Shown in pieces: positions 51,030 to 64,000 of a stretch of 64,000 bases of DNA. Source of the DNA: Phoronis australis (Eukaryota > Animalia > Phoronida); NCBI GenBank assembly GCA_002633005.1, contig NMRA01000429.1, positions 1 to 64,000 on the forward strand, in the 5' to 3' direction. The first letter of the stretch is position 1. Every line of letters starts with the position of its first letter. The position numbers and the translations under genes are program-made. The notes beneath the pieces were generated by a model. It was not told the origin of the DNA. It saw only the letters and a list, made by a program, of their open reading frames with translations, and made no database searches.

Positions 51030-54000
51030 ACGTCCTCACTGCAGTTACAAGGCTGTGGCATCCTGTAGCCAGACTGGAGCATAGTTTGCAGGTGACTGCT
51101 GGATACCCCACTGTAGGGCGTCCCTCCTGAAAGACGCACGTGCAAGATTTGATTGATGCAACAAGTTACGCTACGGATCGTTTTATGATTCCTCTTACGC
51201 ATGCCCAGGAAATTGAATTACTAGATAGTACCAGTTCTTGCAACATAGCCGTCTGTTTCCCACAGTACTTCTGTTTCACTCAATCCAGTATTCTTTGTAA
51301 GAACAATAAGAGAACAAGCAAAATGCTGCTTTATAAAGCCTGATTACAGTTTTGAACTCGATCCTAGACATGAACATTTACTGTACAGGGCATTAAGCCT
51401 ATTCATCACGTAGAAGAGAGGGGAGTATTTAAATCTTTTTCAGCTAACCACTGAAGTTTTTGCCCATATTTGACTACATGTAACTAGATTATTTAATGTT
51501 TCAAAATACGGAAGATGTTGAAAACTTACCCAGTGTCACAATCTCCCACATCAGAATTCCAAAAGACCACCTGGAAATTCACCCGACAAAATAAAAGCAA
51601 TCAATTATTTCGAATTTTCCAACGGTAAACAAATGGGAATCCTAAGTAGCGGGAAGTTACTCATTGTTTTTAATTCCTTATCGGTGGCACATGACAAGAA
51701 ATCAGCCTAACAAATTATGAAACGGGGTTCTCCAAATATCGAAAATATAACAAGCCCGATTAATACCACATCACACCAGAAACAACAAAAGTAACAAGGT
51801 CGCACAAAGTTAGCCTATGCTTCCAAAATATCGTTCACATCAATCGAACTCTTCATTTTGATAATGAGCACCTGTTGGTGTCAGTCCTTTGTTAAACCAG
51901 TGTTCACCTGAGTCTACGTATCTGCGTGTTCTGGTCGTGCTTTACGTCACGAAAAAATACAGCCTGAAACACAAAATGAGCAAAAAGCTCCAAAATCAAA
52001 CTATCACCAACAAGGTTAATAATGAAGGATGGGAGCAGGTAAACTTTGAAAAAAATCTTTCAGGAACAACCTCTTCGATTATCGCAGGGTATTTGGTGAG
52101 TTGGCCTCGTGGAAAAGACAAAAGAACCAATTTCCGAGCACCAACTCCAGTGTCGTTTAGCAATCGGTGAGATGGTCTTGTCGCTTGCGCCTCGCAAATC
52201 TGTCACAATCCATTTCCGAGCACCAACTCTGCTGTGAGTTCGTCTGGGTAAAGGCAAACATGAGCAGCTGTTGGTGATGTCACTGCATGCATTCTGAACA
52301 CGCTAAATGCCCCTGGAGAATTTGGTCATATTTGAATAGGTAAGCACCTATTTGGTCATATTTGAATACGTAAGCACCTATTTGGTCATGTTTGAATAGG
52401 TAAGCACCTATTTGGTCATGTTTGAATAGGTAAGCACCTATTTGGTCATATTTGAATACGTAAGCACCTATTTGGTCATGTTTGAATAGGTAAGCACCTA
52501 TTTGGTCATGTTTGAATAGGTAAGCACCTGTTTGGTCATATTTGAATAGGTAAGAGCTTATTGCCTCTGGTGCAAAGTAACGGGAACAAGACCCTGGCAT
52601 AGATTTTACGGTATCAAATGCACTATTATCGTAGAAAACAAAGATCAGTTCAACAATCATAGCGAAGTAGAAATAACATACATGTCACTTTTAGTAGAAT
52701 AGGACTGGTCAAAGAGTGACTCGGGCGCCATCCAACGTATCGGAACTCTAGTCTGGGAATGTTTCACATAGATTTCTTCATTTCTGCTGAGTCCAAAGTC
52801 AGATATCTTGGCCGTCAAGTCTTTGCTAACCAGTACGTTTCTTGCAGCAAGGTCACGGTGAATAATCTGCAAATGAGATACACTACACACGTTTTGTGTT
52901 TTCATAATACATCAAGCAGGGGGTATGATAGGCCCCAGTTGTAAAGTAATTAGTGATCCTAAGTCTAAACATAAAGCGCAGTGCTGGACAGCACCATTTG
53001 CCAGAGTTTCCAAGAATTTAGTCACTAGTCATTCATACATGTACTTGACGTTGTCTTATAGATAAAAAAATTCGTTCGTGTATTTGATAGCAACCTTGTG
53101 ATTTCCTTCAATGGCTTGAGTTTGGTCAACCACCACCGTACACATTTTATTCTCTAACCTTAGAAGCAGCAAGATGCTTCATTCCTCTGGAGACATCTAG
53201 CGCCATTTGCAGCAACTGTTTCTCAGTGAGATACGTTGTGGAACCAACATTGGCGTAATCAGAGTCCGTGCGATTGTTCCTCAGAAATGTTCGCAGGTTT
53301 CCGTTGGCAACAAATTCCGTAGCGACAAACAAAACACCTGCAACAACAACAGTTCGAACAAAAAAAAAACAAATTCTTCGTCTTGGAATTTCAGAGAGGA
53401 GATGAAAACAAAATTCGTCGCAGATTTGAACATAAAAATCATCACCAGGGACAATAGAAGAACGTGGAGAAAATAAACACTAATAAATTCACTACATGTA
53501 CATGTACATGTAATTCACTATCCGTATATGCCACACATGGCCATTGTAAAGCCAATTAAGTGTACATGTACTATTGTTTTAAAGTACTCTCTGAAATACA
53601 AGCAATGACTTGTACATGTACGGGATTGCACTTACAGAGACAGGCCAGGACTATGATTACTGTAGGCCCTACACTGTGTTAACAAGCTGACCTACAGGCA
53701 TATTCCTGACCAGGTTTTAAGCTGTGCTCTTTGGCGCATCTCATGATAACAAGTGTGTCGTTCTCAAAAAGTTGTGCCAGCAGATTTAGAATAATTTAAA
53801 TGATAACACGTGAAACAGAAATCTCAAGGACAATGAAATTAAGAACAGATACATCTTTTATGTGATTGACAGCCAGTTGACTAGGATCTTCGTTTGGAAG
53901 AGTTGGGTTCAAAATGATGGGCCCTTGGGAGCACAGTGCTGCATTGTATTTGCGCATTTTGATTTTTATTCGCTAATGGCGCAAAGGCGCAGTCCAGGAA

Positions 54001-57000
54001 TATTTCTGCTCACAATGTTGGGAATCACAGTTGGGAATTTTCTATAGAGTGAATCTGCACTGTTAAATCGAGGGGTTATGTAGTGCATTTCAACTATCGC
54101 GAGTTATGTAACCCCCGTCACTTTTTTGACACACACTTCTAGATGTCATGGCTTAAAGTGTAAGTAATAAAATTTTTCATAATTTAAAATTTCTGTATCG
54201 CAGTCCATGGCGTCCACTTTACTAGTGTACGCTAGCATGATTGCAATACAACTCGCAAAACAATTGCGAGATTTTCCCTTTTACTAATCCCGGCGGCCAT
54301 ATCGAATAAATCTAGCCTTGCGTCCCGCTGACCAAAAAATTACTGATAAACCGGCTGCTCTGGGACCCGCGCCAAGCTGCGTCAACTAAAATTACTTCAC
54401 CTTGATGTTCACAAGCTCCAATCAACGATACGATGTTGGGATGACTTCCAACTTGACTGAGAATGTTTAGCTCTCTAATAAAATCCATCCTATCCTTGTC
54501 TGTGGCGACAGCTAAAACGTAAGTTACCAATCAGACATCTTTCTACACACAGAGAATCCATATTTAGTTGACGTCACACGTGCACGAAGAAACACAAACT
54601 TTTGTCTTTTTTGATTCTACGGAAGCGTATAGCTGCCACAAAATCGTACATAACCCTACACAGTTCACAACATTTTCGACATTGACTGCCACACGGGAGA
54701 ACTCTCTACAATATCCCCCAAAATTGCAAACGTCTTTACACAACCAACACATCACTTTCCCCAGATTGTGACAATACTACCCATACAGAATATACAATAT
54801 TACGAAATCAACCGATGTCGTTCACGTTAATTTCTATCGGATCAGTTGTCATTATGGGATCTCGTTAGAGTTGTGCATGTGGGCGGGACGCCGGATTTAG
54901 CAAACATGTTGATACAACATACAAACAGATACACATATATACATACATACATGCATGCATATTTATTTACTGCCAAAGTAGCATGAACGGTGAACATTAG
55001 CGTATGTCTAGTCGATGCAAAGCATGAATTACATTTAAATATTTACAATATTCACGAGGACTATATGATACTATTAGATATTACAAGGTAGTGTTATATA
55101 GTATACTAGTGAAGAAAGACATTGGAAGCAAGGATATTCACATGGAGTTTTCAAAAATTTACTAATAAACGTATACACATATTTACAGCACAGTGTTCGG
55201 ATTTAGTTTCCTGATCTTGAAGGATGAAAACCTCATAAAAGACTTTCAATGGCATCGTCTACAGAAATTCCACAATTTTCGGGAGACATATTTGAAAATT
55301 TGAGGTCCTAATGTGGTCCTTATGTGGTCCGTATGAGGTCAGTATGTGGTCCGTATGTGGACGTACATGTGTTTACTCATGGGCATTCGTGCGTAAGCTG
55401 TAGCGTGTCGGTTCGCTAAACAAATTCATAAACTAGTCTTTGAAAAGTGATTATAAGAACCAACACTGACTGAGTTGGTATCTCTATCCATATCCCGGTC
55501 TTTTTATAAGGATTAAACTTTGAATTATATTGTTCCTCGAGCATAATTACCACAAGATTTTTGCACCTCTTTCGTACACTGAAATAAGAATTAGCAGCAT
55601 TTGTGTATCTGCTAACCGAAATGTACCAAAAACACTGTTGTGCTATACAATTTCCACGAGATGGTAGTGTATATTGCGGGGTTTCGGAATATTGGAAACT
55701 GGTTACAATGAGACAAGACATTATTGTTATTTTCCTAGGTTTTAAATTCCACAATCTGGTTATCGTGACATTGCTCCGCTTTGACTGCTGGTCGAGGTCT
55801 CGTGTGTCGACATGGTGTCTTTGACTTTGTGCTGTGTGTACTATCCTGGGTCAATTGACAGTGCAGATGGCGCTATCTAAACAGTTCTCTATTAGGAATG
55901 CCTAATCTGACATACAGTGCTATGCTGTCTGTGTTTATTTATTTATTTATTTATTTATTTATTATTGTGATATTTAAAATGAGGATGGCTTCTTCAGTGA
56001 TAGCACTGCTTTCCGAGAGGGCCCTGTCTGTGTTGTGACAATACTTATCGTTAACACCTGCGCCCTGGACCACAGTTGTAGTGTGGTTACATCTGTCATC
56101 GTGTGTTGTTACATCACTAGAGATTCGATCATATACTTGATAGACGGTGCTACGTCAAAGAACCAAAAATGGACAGGGAAAATGTGTTGTGCATTTTTGT
56201 TGACAACTAACGAAAAACCTGAGGAATTATGGCTTGTCCTGGATACAAGAGAAGCCTGAAAAACCTTCAACCAAATTTGAAAAGTTGCCAAATGGAAATC
56301 ATTAATTATTATAATGTAGAAGAATTATATACATGTACTTAAAAATTGTAAACACAATAAGTACTTGGAAAGGAGTACCCAGATGGTTCATTTATTTACC
56401 TGATTTTTTTTCTCTTTTTGCCGTTATCCCCATAGGCGCCCGCATTTATACGTATCTGAGTGTATTAATTCATATTATTTGTTATGCTACTTCATGCAAA
56501 AATATTCATAGACAACAAGCAAATTGCAACTCCTCGTAAGTTATTTCAAGATCCACTGTCGACAGTTGGTGACCATAAAACAGGTAAATAAAGTAGTTTT
56601 TCGCTTAAAAAAGTAATAATTTGTACCACGTTGGACTCAATAAGCCAACACTCGCTTAGAGTAAGTGCTACTTTTATGTTAACTCTCAGTTTTTTTGGGA
56701 CAGTGTTTTATGGACTGTGCGGTGCCTGGGCAATCAGTCCAGGTTGGAATACAGGATTACACTGCCACTTTAGTTGAGAATTTGAATCCACAGTGGGACA
56801 TAATATCCACCCCAACAGGGAAACTGACACCATGAACTGCATTACATGACAGCCTGATGATTCAGTTATTACTACGTTGAATAAATGTGAAGAACCAATC
56901 AAAGACAAATAAAAACAAAATACAAACTTTGAATTTACGCTAAATTATTAATTTTTCATGTGTTTTTGTTAACGACACTTTCTCTTGAAGTAAACATTTA

Positions 57001-60000
57001 ACCAATATATCCCAATCATGCGGGGTACTGTCGTCTTTGAAAACATACCTTCAACCCCGTATACTCGATATTATCTACAGTATATTTCACTCCTGTTACC
57101 GCATCTCTTATTGGTGTAGCGTCGTGGTCATTCCATAATTGCCACAGAGTCAATACACTCCAAAAGCGCGCTTTACGGCACGTCCGTCTCAGTAAGTTCA
57201 ATCTACACAGTCACTAAGCCCATGTGATATAGGCTGAGGATTTAATTATTCGAATAAATTTTTATCTTTGTTCATCGAAATCCCAACTGTTTATGGTCGA
57301 AAACAAAAGAGCTCTTGACTATTTTGTTAATTTCTTTTGTCCCACGTTTGAAATGTCTTTACAGGTGTTATTCCAAATCCAATAAAATTCATAATATGAC
57401 ATTGTAAGGGCGTTTTAGTAGGATCATTATAGAGAAAAGGAACATTTACTCTGTACAAGCTTGCTAATCATTTGTTACTGGCAGCTTTATCAATAACAAT
57501 GACACATTGCTTAGACTTGAACAGAATAAACAGTTAAATACTGTAATTTTTATTGTAAAAACTACTGATCCATTCCCACTGGCACTAAATTCGGGTTTTG
57601 TCAATGTAAATTTCTTAATACATCGACCATCTGCCTCAGACCCAGGTAATGAATGGTTCTAAAGCCCTTTGTCCCCTGGATCCACAACCCCTCGATCCCA
57701 CCACCAACGACCTCCCTCGACCCACGACCTGTGGCAACAGAGATTTTTACATAGTGCATAATAATTGTTTTACGTCACTGAGTGACTTTCCCATAAGAAA
57801 TACCTACACGCGAGTCTGGTCTGGCTCAAGTCTCATGATTAAAAACAAAAAGTGGCGAGATGTGAAATAGTTCAACGAGCGGCTACAAATGGCCCAGTTC
57901 TACTAAACTTAAGGAGAGAGTACGTTAACGTGGATGTACACTCATTCACGTCTTTATTTTTTTCTTTCTGTTGTATACCCGTTTACGATATACTCCATAT
58001 GACGTTGAAATAGTTTTAGTTTGTTTTTCCAAACTGCATTTACTTCTTGGTCGTCTCCAATCTGCTGTGCTTGGACCCGTGGTCTAGTATATATAAAAAC
58101 AGAGGTTCCACTGCCACTGTTTTGGGTGATACTGATGATAATGGCGATTCTGATGATTGTAGAAACATGTTTTCATGTTGTAGTTTCACCAAAAAACAAA
58201 TCTAGATCAGGTATCTAATGATACTCAAATACTTTTTGTTTTTGAAACTACAAAAACAATTTGGGTGAATTCTTGGAAAATTTCTGCATGAAACATATCC
58301 AATTTTGGAATTTATGAAACGCCTGTTTTAATAAAAATCTGAGTACACTTGGCTGCTTGACTGAGCTGATGGTCTGGTTGAATTCCAGATTAAGGACACT
58401 GATTTTGCATTTTAAATTGACTACTACATTTTTGTAAAAATGATTAATCAAAAATCAGATTGTGTTTATTATTTCTAATTCTACAGTCATTGTGATTAAC
58501 GATATGCCAATAAGTTACATTGAACAGTTTTGATGCTCCTATCTGACTCTGGAAAGATGAAGTGACACTTGTTTTGTTCAAAAAAGACAAAACGTTGGTC
58601 TTGACCAAGTCCTGTATAAAAGTGGGTGGAAGTGAATAATTAAAGCTTTGAATCAAGAATTGTACCTTATTTAAAGAAATGCAATACCTTTATGTTATTA
58701 CCAGACCCTCGTTACAATAGTTTTCTGAACATTATGGAAACGTAAAAATTTGACAAAATTTGACGGAAACTACTTTTTAAAATGACGTTCATAAAAATGT
58801 GCAAAGCTTTCTTGTGTGAGCATATATCAACGTTGTGTTTTGATGGAAAACATTGGTTCTAACCGAAACTGAACCTTTAGAAACTATTGGGGAGCTCAAA
58901 ACTTGCTTTGAGGGCATCAAGTTCGAATGGGCAAGGGTTAACTCAAACCCACATTTAAGTTTAAATAATGTAGTCACTAATTTATCAGTGATGTTTTTGT
59001 CTGACAGATGCCCATGCATATCAGACATGTCGTAAAGCACAACAGAGTAGAAAAAAACTATTGGAATTGGAGTACATTTTATGTTTATGGACACAATCAA
59101 CCTCTTCTATCTCTTACGTCACGTAGTTTGCAATTTCTTCCAGGGACCTTCTTTGTGATAAAGCTTTAAAAGAAAACCTTTTCAAATTCCGGAAAACCGT
59201 TAAGTTGTAAAACTTATTTGATAACATAGTATTTATGAATTAGTTACAAAATGACAAGGACATGACAGGAAATGAAGATAATATGTTTAGTTTTTGAAAA
59301 TGTAAACATTTACATTACATCACGTGGCTAGATATTTCAAGTTGAGGTTTAGTGACATGAACATTAACTCATTGGCAATTTGTCGATACATCAATTCATA
59401 GAAACCCGCCTTCTATGTTATATTTTTCTGAAATTCTACTGCAAAAATCTCCAATTTGCCACGTTTTGACAGCAGAGGACACCGTAAACATGCCGTACCT
59501 GTAACTCGAAGAGGATCAACTTTATCACAGTGTGTGGCACTGTTTTGGGATCCAGAAAGTCGTCTCAAAATGTAGTTTGCGAGTTTTTGCGACGTAAAAT
59601 GTTTTCTAGGGCTCTTTTTGATTCACATAAAGGCCTACATGAATGGTGTTATATTTAGGGTTAATGTTCATCAGAGGTTGTATGCCGGGACTCGTACGGT
59701 AATAAAGTCGCTCATTTTTTCCTAGCATAATGGTGACTACATGGAGCAGCCTTGAGGCTCTCATGTTTGTCCTAGACCTTTCTCTACAGTTAGGGTGAAT
59801 GTCATATGTGAACGACGGCGTTGCTTGTTGCCATTGTGTTTATCACCGTCCTTGGTGCTCTGCACTAGATATCAGCATCTAGTTTGCCGAGATTTTCCAG
59901 TTTTTCACTGAGAAATGCTCGCAGACTCTGATTTCAATTTGCTCACTGCCGTCACATGTCCTGGCTTTCCACGGTGAGTTTGCGGACTTTAGCACCTGCT

Positions 60001-63000
60001 TCAGAATGCAGGCTCACTGCTGCCTTTCGTAACTTATCTTTCCAATTGTTGGTTGACAAAAAATTTTCACGGACAGTCGGGCATGATCCCAACTTACATG
60101 TATTTATTATGCACACGACCCTCACGTATTGAGTTTGTGCCTTTGTTTTGGAATATTATGCCTGCAATGTCCTCGTGTTAGCATATTTCACTTGGCCGGC
60201 TAGCATTTATACTAAGACTGACATATAACTAGTTGCAGGTGTTACTAGTTTCCGTGGTGTTGTGGCTTCTCTGGGGGTGTTGTGGCTTCTCGTAGGAGCT
60301 ATGACTGTGGCTTCTGAGCTTACGAATTTGTGAGGGTGTTGTGTTGATTGTTGGGTGTTGTGAAGTTGGTACGGTGTTGTGATATGTGTAGGGTGTTGCA
60401 ACATTTACACGCTTACATACGATTCACAATTGAATGCACATTACGTAAACAAAGTGTCTGAATACCAGTGTAATTTGATGTTTACCGTTCATTTTTTTCA
60501 ATGCCACCTTGATAATAGAAGTGTTTTTGACGACGGTCGCAGATTGAACATCCCCAAAACTTCCTTTACCGATGACGTCACCGAAAGATATAGAAGTAAA
60601 TGGTATCATCCAGTAGTTTGGCTCCATCTTCTCATATACGACGGATGTCGGTCTGTTGTGAGATGTAAGCCGATTCTTGTCGGGCCCGTTATTTATACAC
60701 TGGAAGTCAAAATATAAGCTAGATCTGCAACATGTTATCTACCATTCACGGAAGGTGAGTGCACTTACAAAATGCCATTGCAAACTACTACAGTGATGTA
60801 CTAAAAAACCTCGCAATTTGCAACCAAAGCCCCTAAATGTACAAGTTGAATGAGATTTCTAATATTATAGATTCGGGGCACAACAGCCTCCACTGTGTAT
60901 GTATTGGTCAGCAGTTACGTTTTTAAACACATCTTGTGAGTGCAAGTAGCTTGAGCGGACTCGTGCCAACTTAACAAACTTGATCAGATATGCATGCTTC
61001 ATACCGACTCATATTCAATATTGTCAAGTGTAGACAACTCCATGGCAGTGTGCCCACTCCGAGGTGTCTGTCTTGAATGACCTAAAATAAAAATGCGCGG
61101 ATTTGAAATAACGCAGACAGTCTTTTACCTTGTGCACGTGCGTGAGGTGTTTATGAGTCTGCCATGACTCATGGTTGGTTTTTAGCATTAAAGCGAGGCC
61201 AGACAATTCGAAAGTTGCCCATTTAACCGGCTTTTTATTGTTTAAATATAGAGATGCATTCAAAATCACGTGGCAAGTGAATATTTGAGGAGTAAGATCA
61301 AGACCTCAGTAGCGTAGATTAGCAGCTAGAGTTTCCATTTATTTTCGTCGGCAAGGACGAAATGCTAGGTCTTGGGGAAATTTTCACGGTTTGCATACCA
61401 AACTCAATTTTAACGCAGTTATGTCGTGAGTGTCTTACATAACGGAAAAATGCTAAGATTCAATGCTGTTTTTCAAATCTCAATCCAACGCTATACCTGG
61501 TTCAATAATGTTCTCAGTCACGCCTGCACTGTCCTGCATCTGTCTTCTTTTCCTGAATTATGGAAACAACAGTGAAAAGAACCAACAGACCATCCCTGGA
61601 TAGAAGCCAGGTGGCATTTATTTGCAAAAATATAAATATCCTTATGCCAGCTATATAACTCGAAGAACATATATACCCATAATGAGTTGGGAAAGATTAT
61701 TTTATTGCGGAAATTATTGATCATATATTTTACCATCAAAGTTTGCTGTTCTCGTCTTAAAACTCTTTCAATTAATTTATTTGAAACAATTTTGATACGT
61801 TTGTGTACGTATTACACATTTCACAGGATTTGAGTACCAAATTTTCATACAAATGGTGTTAAACTCGACGTTCCCTCGACCATTTCGGTATTCTCGCTCC
61901 GACAGACAAATGTGATCATTAAACACTTGAGCTTGGAGTGTTGCAGTGTCAAAAACATTGTTACGAAAGGGGTGTACTGTTACGACCAATATACACATGA
62001 AATATACTTACCTACGCAATACGAACACAACGACACACAGACCAATAAGGACGAATACCAATGGACCACATATCGCACCGATTGTTTTTAGCAACGAAGA
62101 CGTGCTGTAATCTCGCACTGTTGGGTTGGAACACATACATGTATACACATTTAACATCCACTACTCTGTCTTAATAATAACCAATTTGCTACAAATCAGG
62201 ATAACTATGGGAATTGTTTTCACTTGCACTACCGACATATTTACAAATGGGTCTCGCATACTATTTCAGAGGTTGAGCAAACGCGTTGAAACTCGTCTGT
62301 CTTTGTCGACATTATGTTAGAAATGGCGAACAAAGTTATTGTCACAATAAAATCGTTCTCGACGGTTGTTCACTATTGAGACAAAACACTACGCCTAACA
62401 AAGTTACCTTCGACAAACTGGCCATCAGAGGCACCATCAACATCGAATACTTGGAAATGAGACTTCTTTTCCTGTCGAAAGTGAGGCATGTTTTATTAGT
62501 GATTATTATTTATCGAAATGTTCCTTTGCGCAGGTGATTGCTTAGTCAAATTAGTTTAAAAAAATGATATGTGTTTATGAAAGTGTTGAAAACTGACAAA
62601 TACTTTTAAGAGCAAGTTCTGTGCCGAAAATGATGGGCATTAAACCATTTCTCCGGGTGCAGTGACCATGGTGACGTGATGTTGGGGAATAACACTGCAT
62701 GGTGCAGGCTATGTGAGCACACAAGGTACGTCATTATTGCAAAGGTCGCTTATTTGCAGAATTTTTTGTTATCACATTTACACGTGGTCAATGAATACAA
62801 CTACACGATGTTTACAATAGCATGTCGTTCAGTGCCAGATACATATTAGCATAGTTATGAGTATGTAAATACATCATGAAGCGAGTAAAACACAGGAGTC
62901 TTGGACACGACTGCTTTGTTCACTGCACTCCAGTACACACCAGGCCACAACGCACATAGCAAATTATCAATGAATATCTAGAGAACGAAGCCGACACGAT

Positions 63001-63822
63001 GGTATAATTAGACATGGACAGTAATTAGTACGACAGGCGCAGGTGTCTATTCTACAGCCAGTAATTACTGTAGAATTCTACCAAGGCGCCAATATTGAGC
63101 ATAATACAGAAATAATGACGCTTATGGAGTAAACAGTAGAAATAAGGAAAGGTAACGTAGGTTTTGAAACGCTAAGGTGTAAGAAGAGCCGTACAAGGAA
63201 GCTGCAGTTCCATATACAACATAACGGATATATGTGTGCCTGTTCATCAAATATACCACTTGTACTAGTCCAAAAATTTCTACGCTGCTGAGACATTGGC
63301 ACTTAATACTTACATCAGTATTCTCAAAAAAGACTCCGTAAAGAAACTTGTAGAGATATCCAGAGTCTAGCTCCACGTTCATGTAACCACCATAGTATTC
63401 CCCATCACCAACTACAAAGTCGACACCATCTTCTACGAAATCTGCTGTCAGCTTTGCCGCTATATAAAGTGGCTCCTGATTTCTCTGCGCTTCTGCATAC
63501 CCTTTTAACGACGATGCATCTACGACCACAGCTCGTCGTCGTTTAGAATGTTTTCTTCGAGTATTCACTACGATCATGTAGTACCTTTTGAGATACAAAA
63601 AAGGATTTTGATGTTGATTCAGGAAAGAACAAAGAGTTTGGAGAACAACGGTTGCCCAACAATGTCATGAATGGGGGATCGTCAAAGCAGGAACTAATAG
63701 GCTAAAACCTCACTTGATATACACGCCCTTGGTATAACCACTTGCTGGCGTTAGACGTATTTTCACAGTTGTGTCAGTCATGTCTTCCTTGGTTATCATC
63801 TGCAGTGCAAGGTCCGGTAAAT
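51030..63822 (-). CDS. Tie-like receptor tyrosine kinase (partial). Exons: 63822-63714, 63584-63314, 62117-62012 (TM), 61552-61497, 61081-61005, 60699-60486, 54511-54401, 53337-53159, 52866-52682, 51570-51530, 51126-51030
   Basis: GT-AG exons, phase-consistent except for one unresolved small exon before the TM exon. Kinase motifs: [115 protein letters not shown]. TM segment IGAICGPLVFVLIGLCVVVFVL followed by RRKRR. The 5' end lies outside the window and the subdomain XI exon was not found. Confidence 0.92.
52320..52555. repeat. 30-bp minisatellite (TTTGGTCATRTTTGAATASGTAAGCACCTA) x~8, intronic
   Basis: Directly visible tandem copies; explains the repetitive ORF 52280-52660. Confidence 0.97.
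57655..58090. mobile_element. Diverged partial copy of the 44240-45160 element, inside an RTK intron
   Basis: Shared blocks TAGTGCATAAT..TTACGTCACTG, TACCTACACGCGAGTCTG, TGATTAAAAACA, ACGAGCGGCTAC, GTACGTTAAC. Confidence 0.75.
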
Positions 63823-64000
63823 CTGAAACATAAGTGGAAAGGTATCATAACAACATTCTGAAATTTCAAGGTTTCGTTTTTTATGACACGGATCGACAAT
63901 ATGTAACAAGCAACTGATAATAACAAACTGATAACTCGCTACCAATAATATTGGTCTCCAATTCTTATAATAGAGAAACAAGAAGACAACACATGTCGCA

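Noticed and set aside
52320-52555. Regular 30-bp array that could be mistaken for CRISPR or a repeat protein
   Set aside because: No unique spacers, eukaryotic intron context, simple minisatellite.
54940-55370. Possible CR1/L2 LINE 3' remnant plus an 11-bp tandem repeat
   Set aside because: Only a faint KLWN..FK motif; too degraded to call.

Overview
AT-rich eukaryotic (metazoan, probably marine invertebrate) draft-assembly window with one N-run (24584-25131) and four single-N joins (24156, 36269, 37422, 50293). Three protein-coding genes can be supported, all on the minus strand: a TRIM-NHL E3 ligase with a single coding exon (10603-12561), the 3' half of an annexin (3 exons, 31473-34975), and a multi-exon Tie-like receptor tyrosine kinase whose membrane-proximal ectodomain resembles receptor phosphatases (11 exons traced, 51030-63822, continuing past the window). 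The rest is mostly transposon debris: a 5.4-kb TA-flanked foldback element with nested insertions and a transposase relic, a BEL/Pao solo LTR plus a broken gag-bearing copy, a Tc1 relic, tRNA-derived SINE heads, several MITE families (one with consistent 5-bp TSDs) and satellites. The most notable signals are a type I minimal hammerhead ribozyme with the U3-A8 core covariation (16940-16997, minus), a spliced but apparently non-coding or microprotein transcription unit upstream of it, and the kinase/phosphatase-like ectodomain combination. I see no firm evidence of a wholly new multi-gene system. All exon and family calls were made by eye, without database searches.
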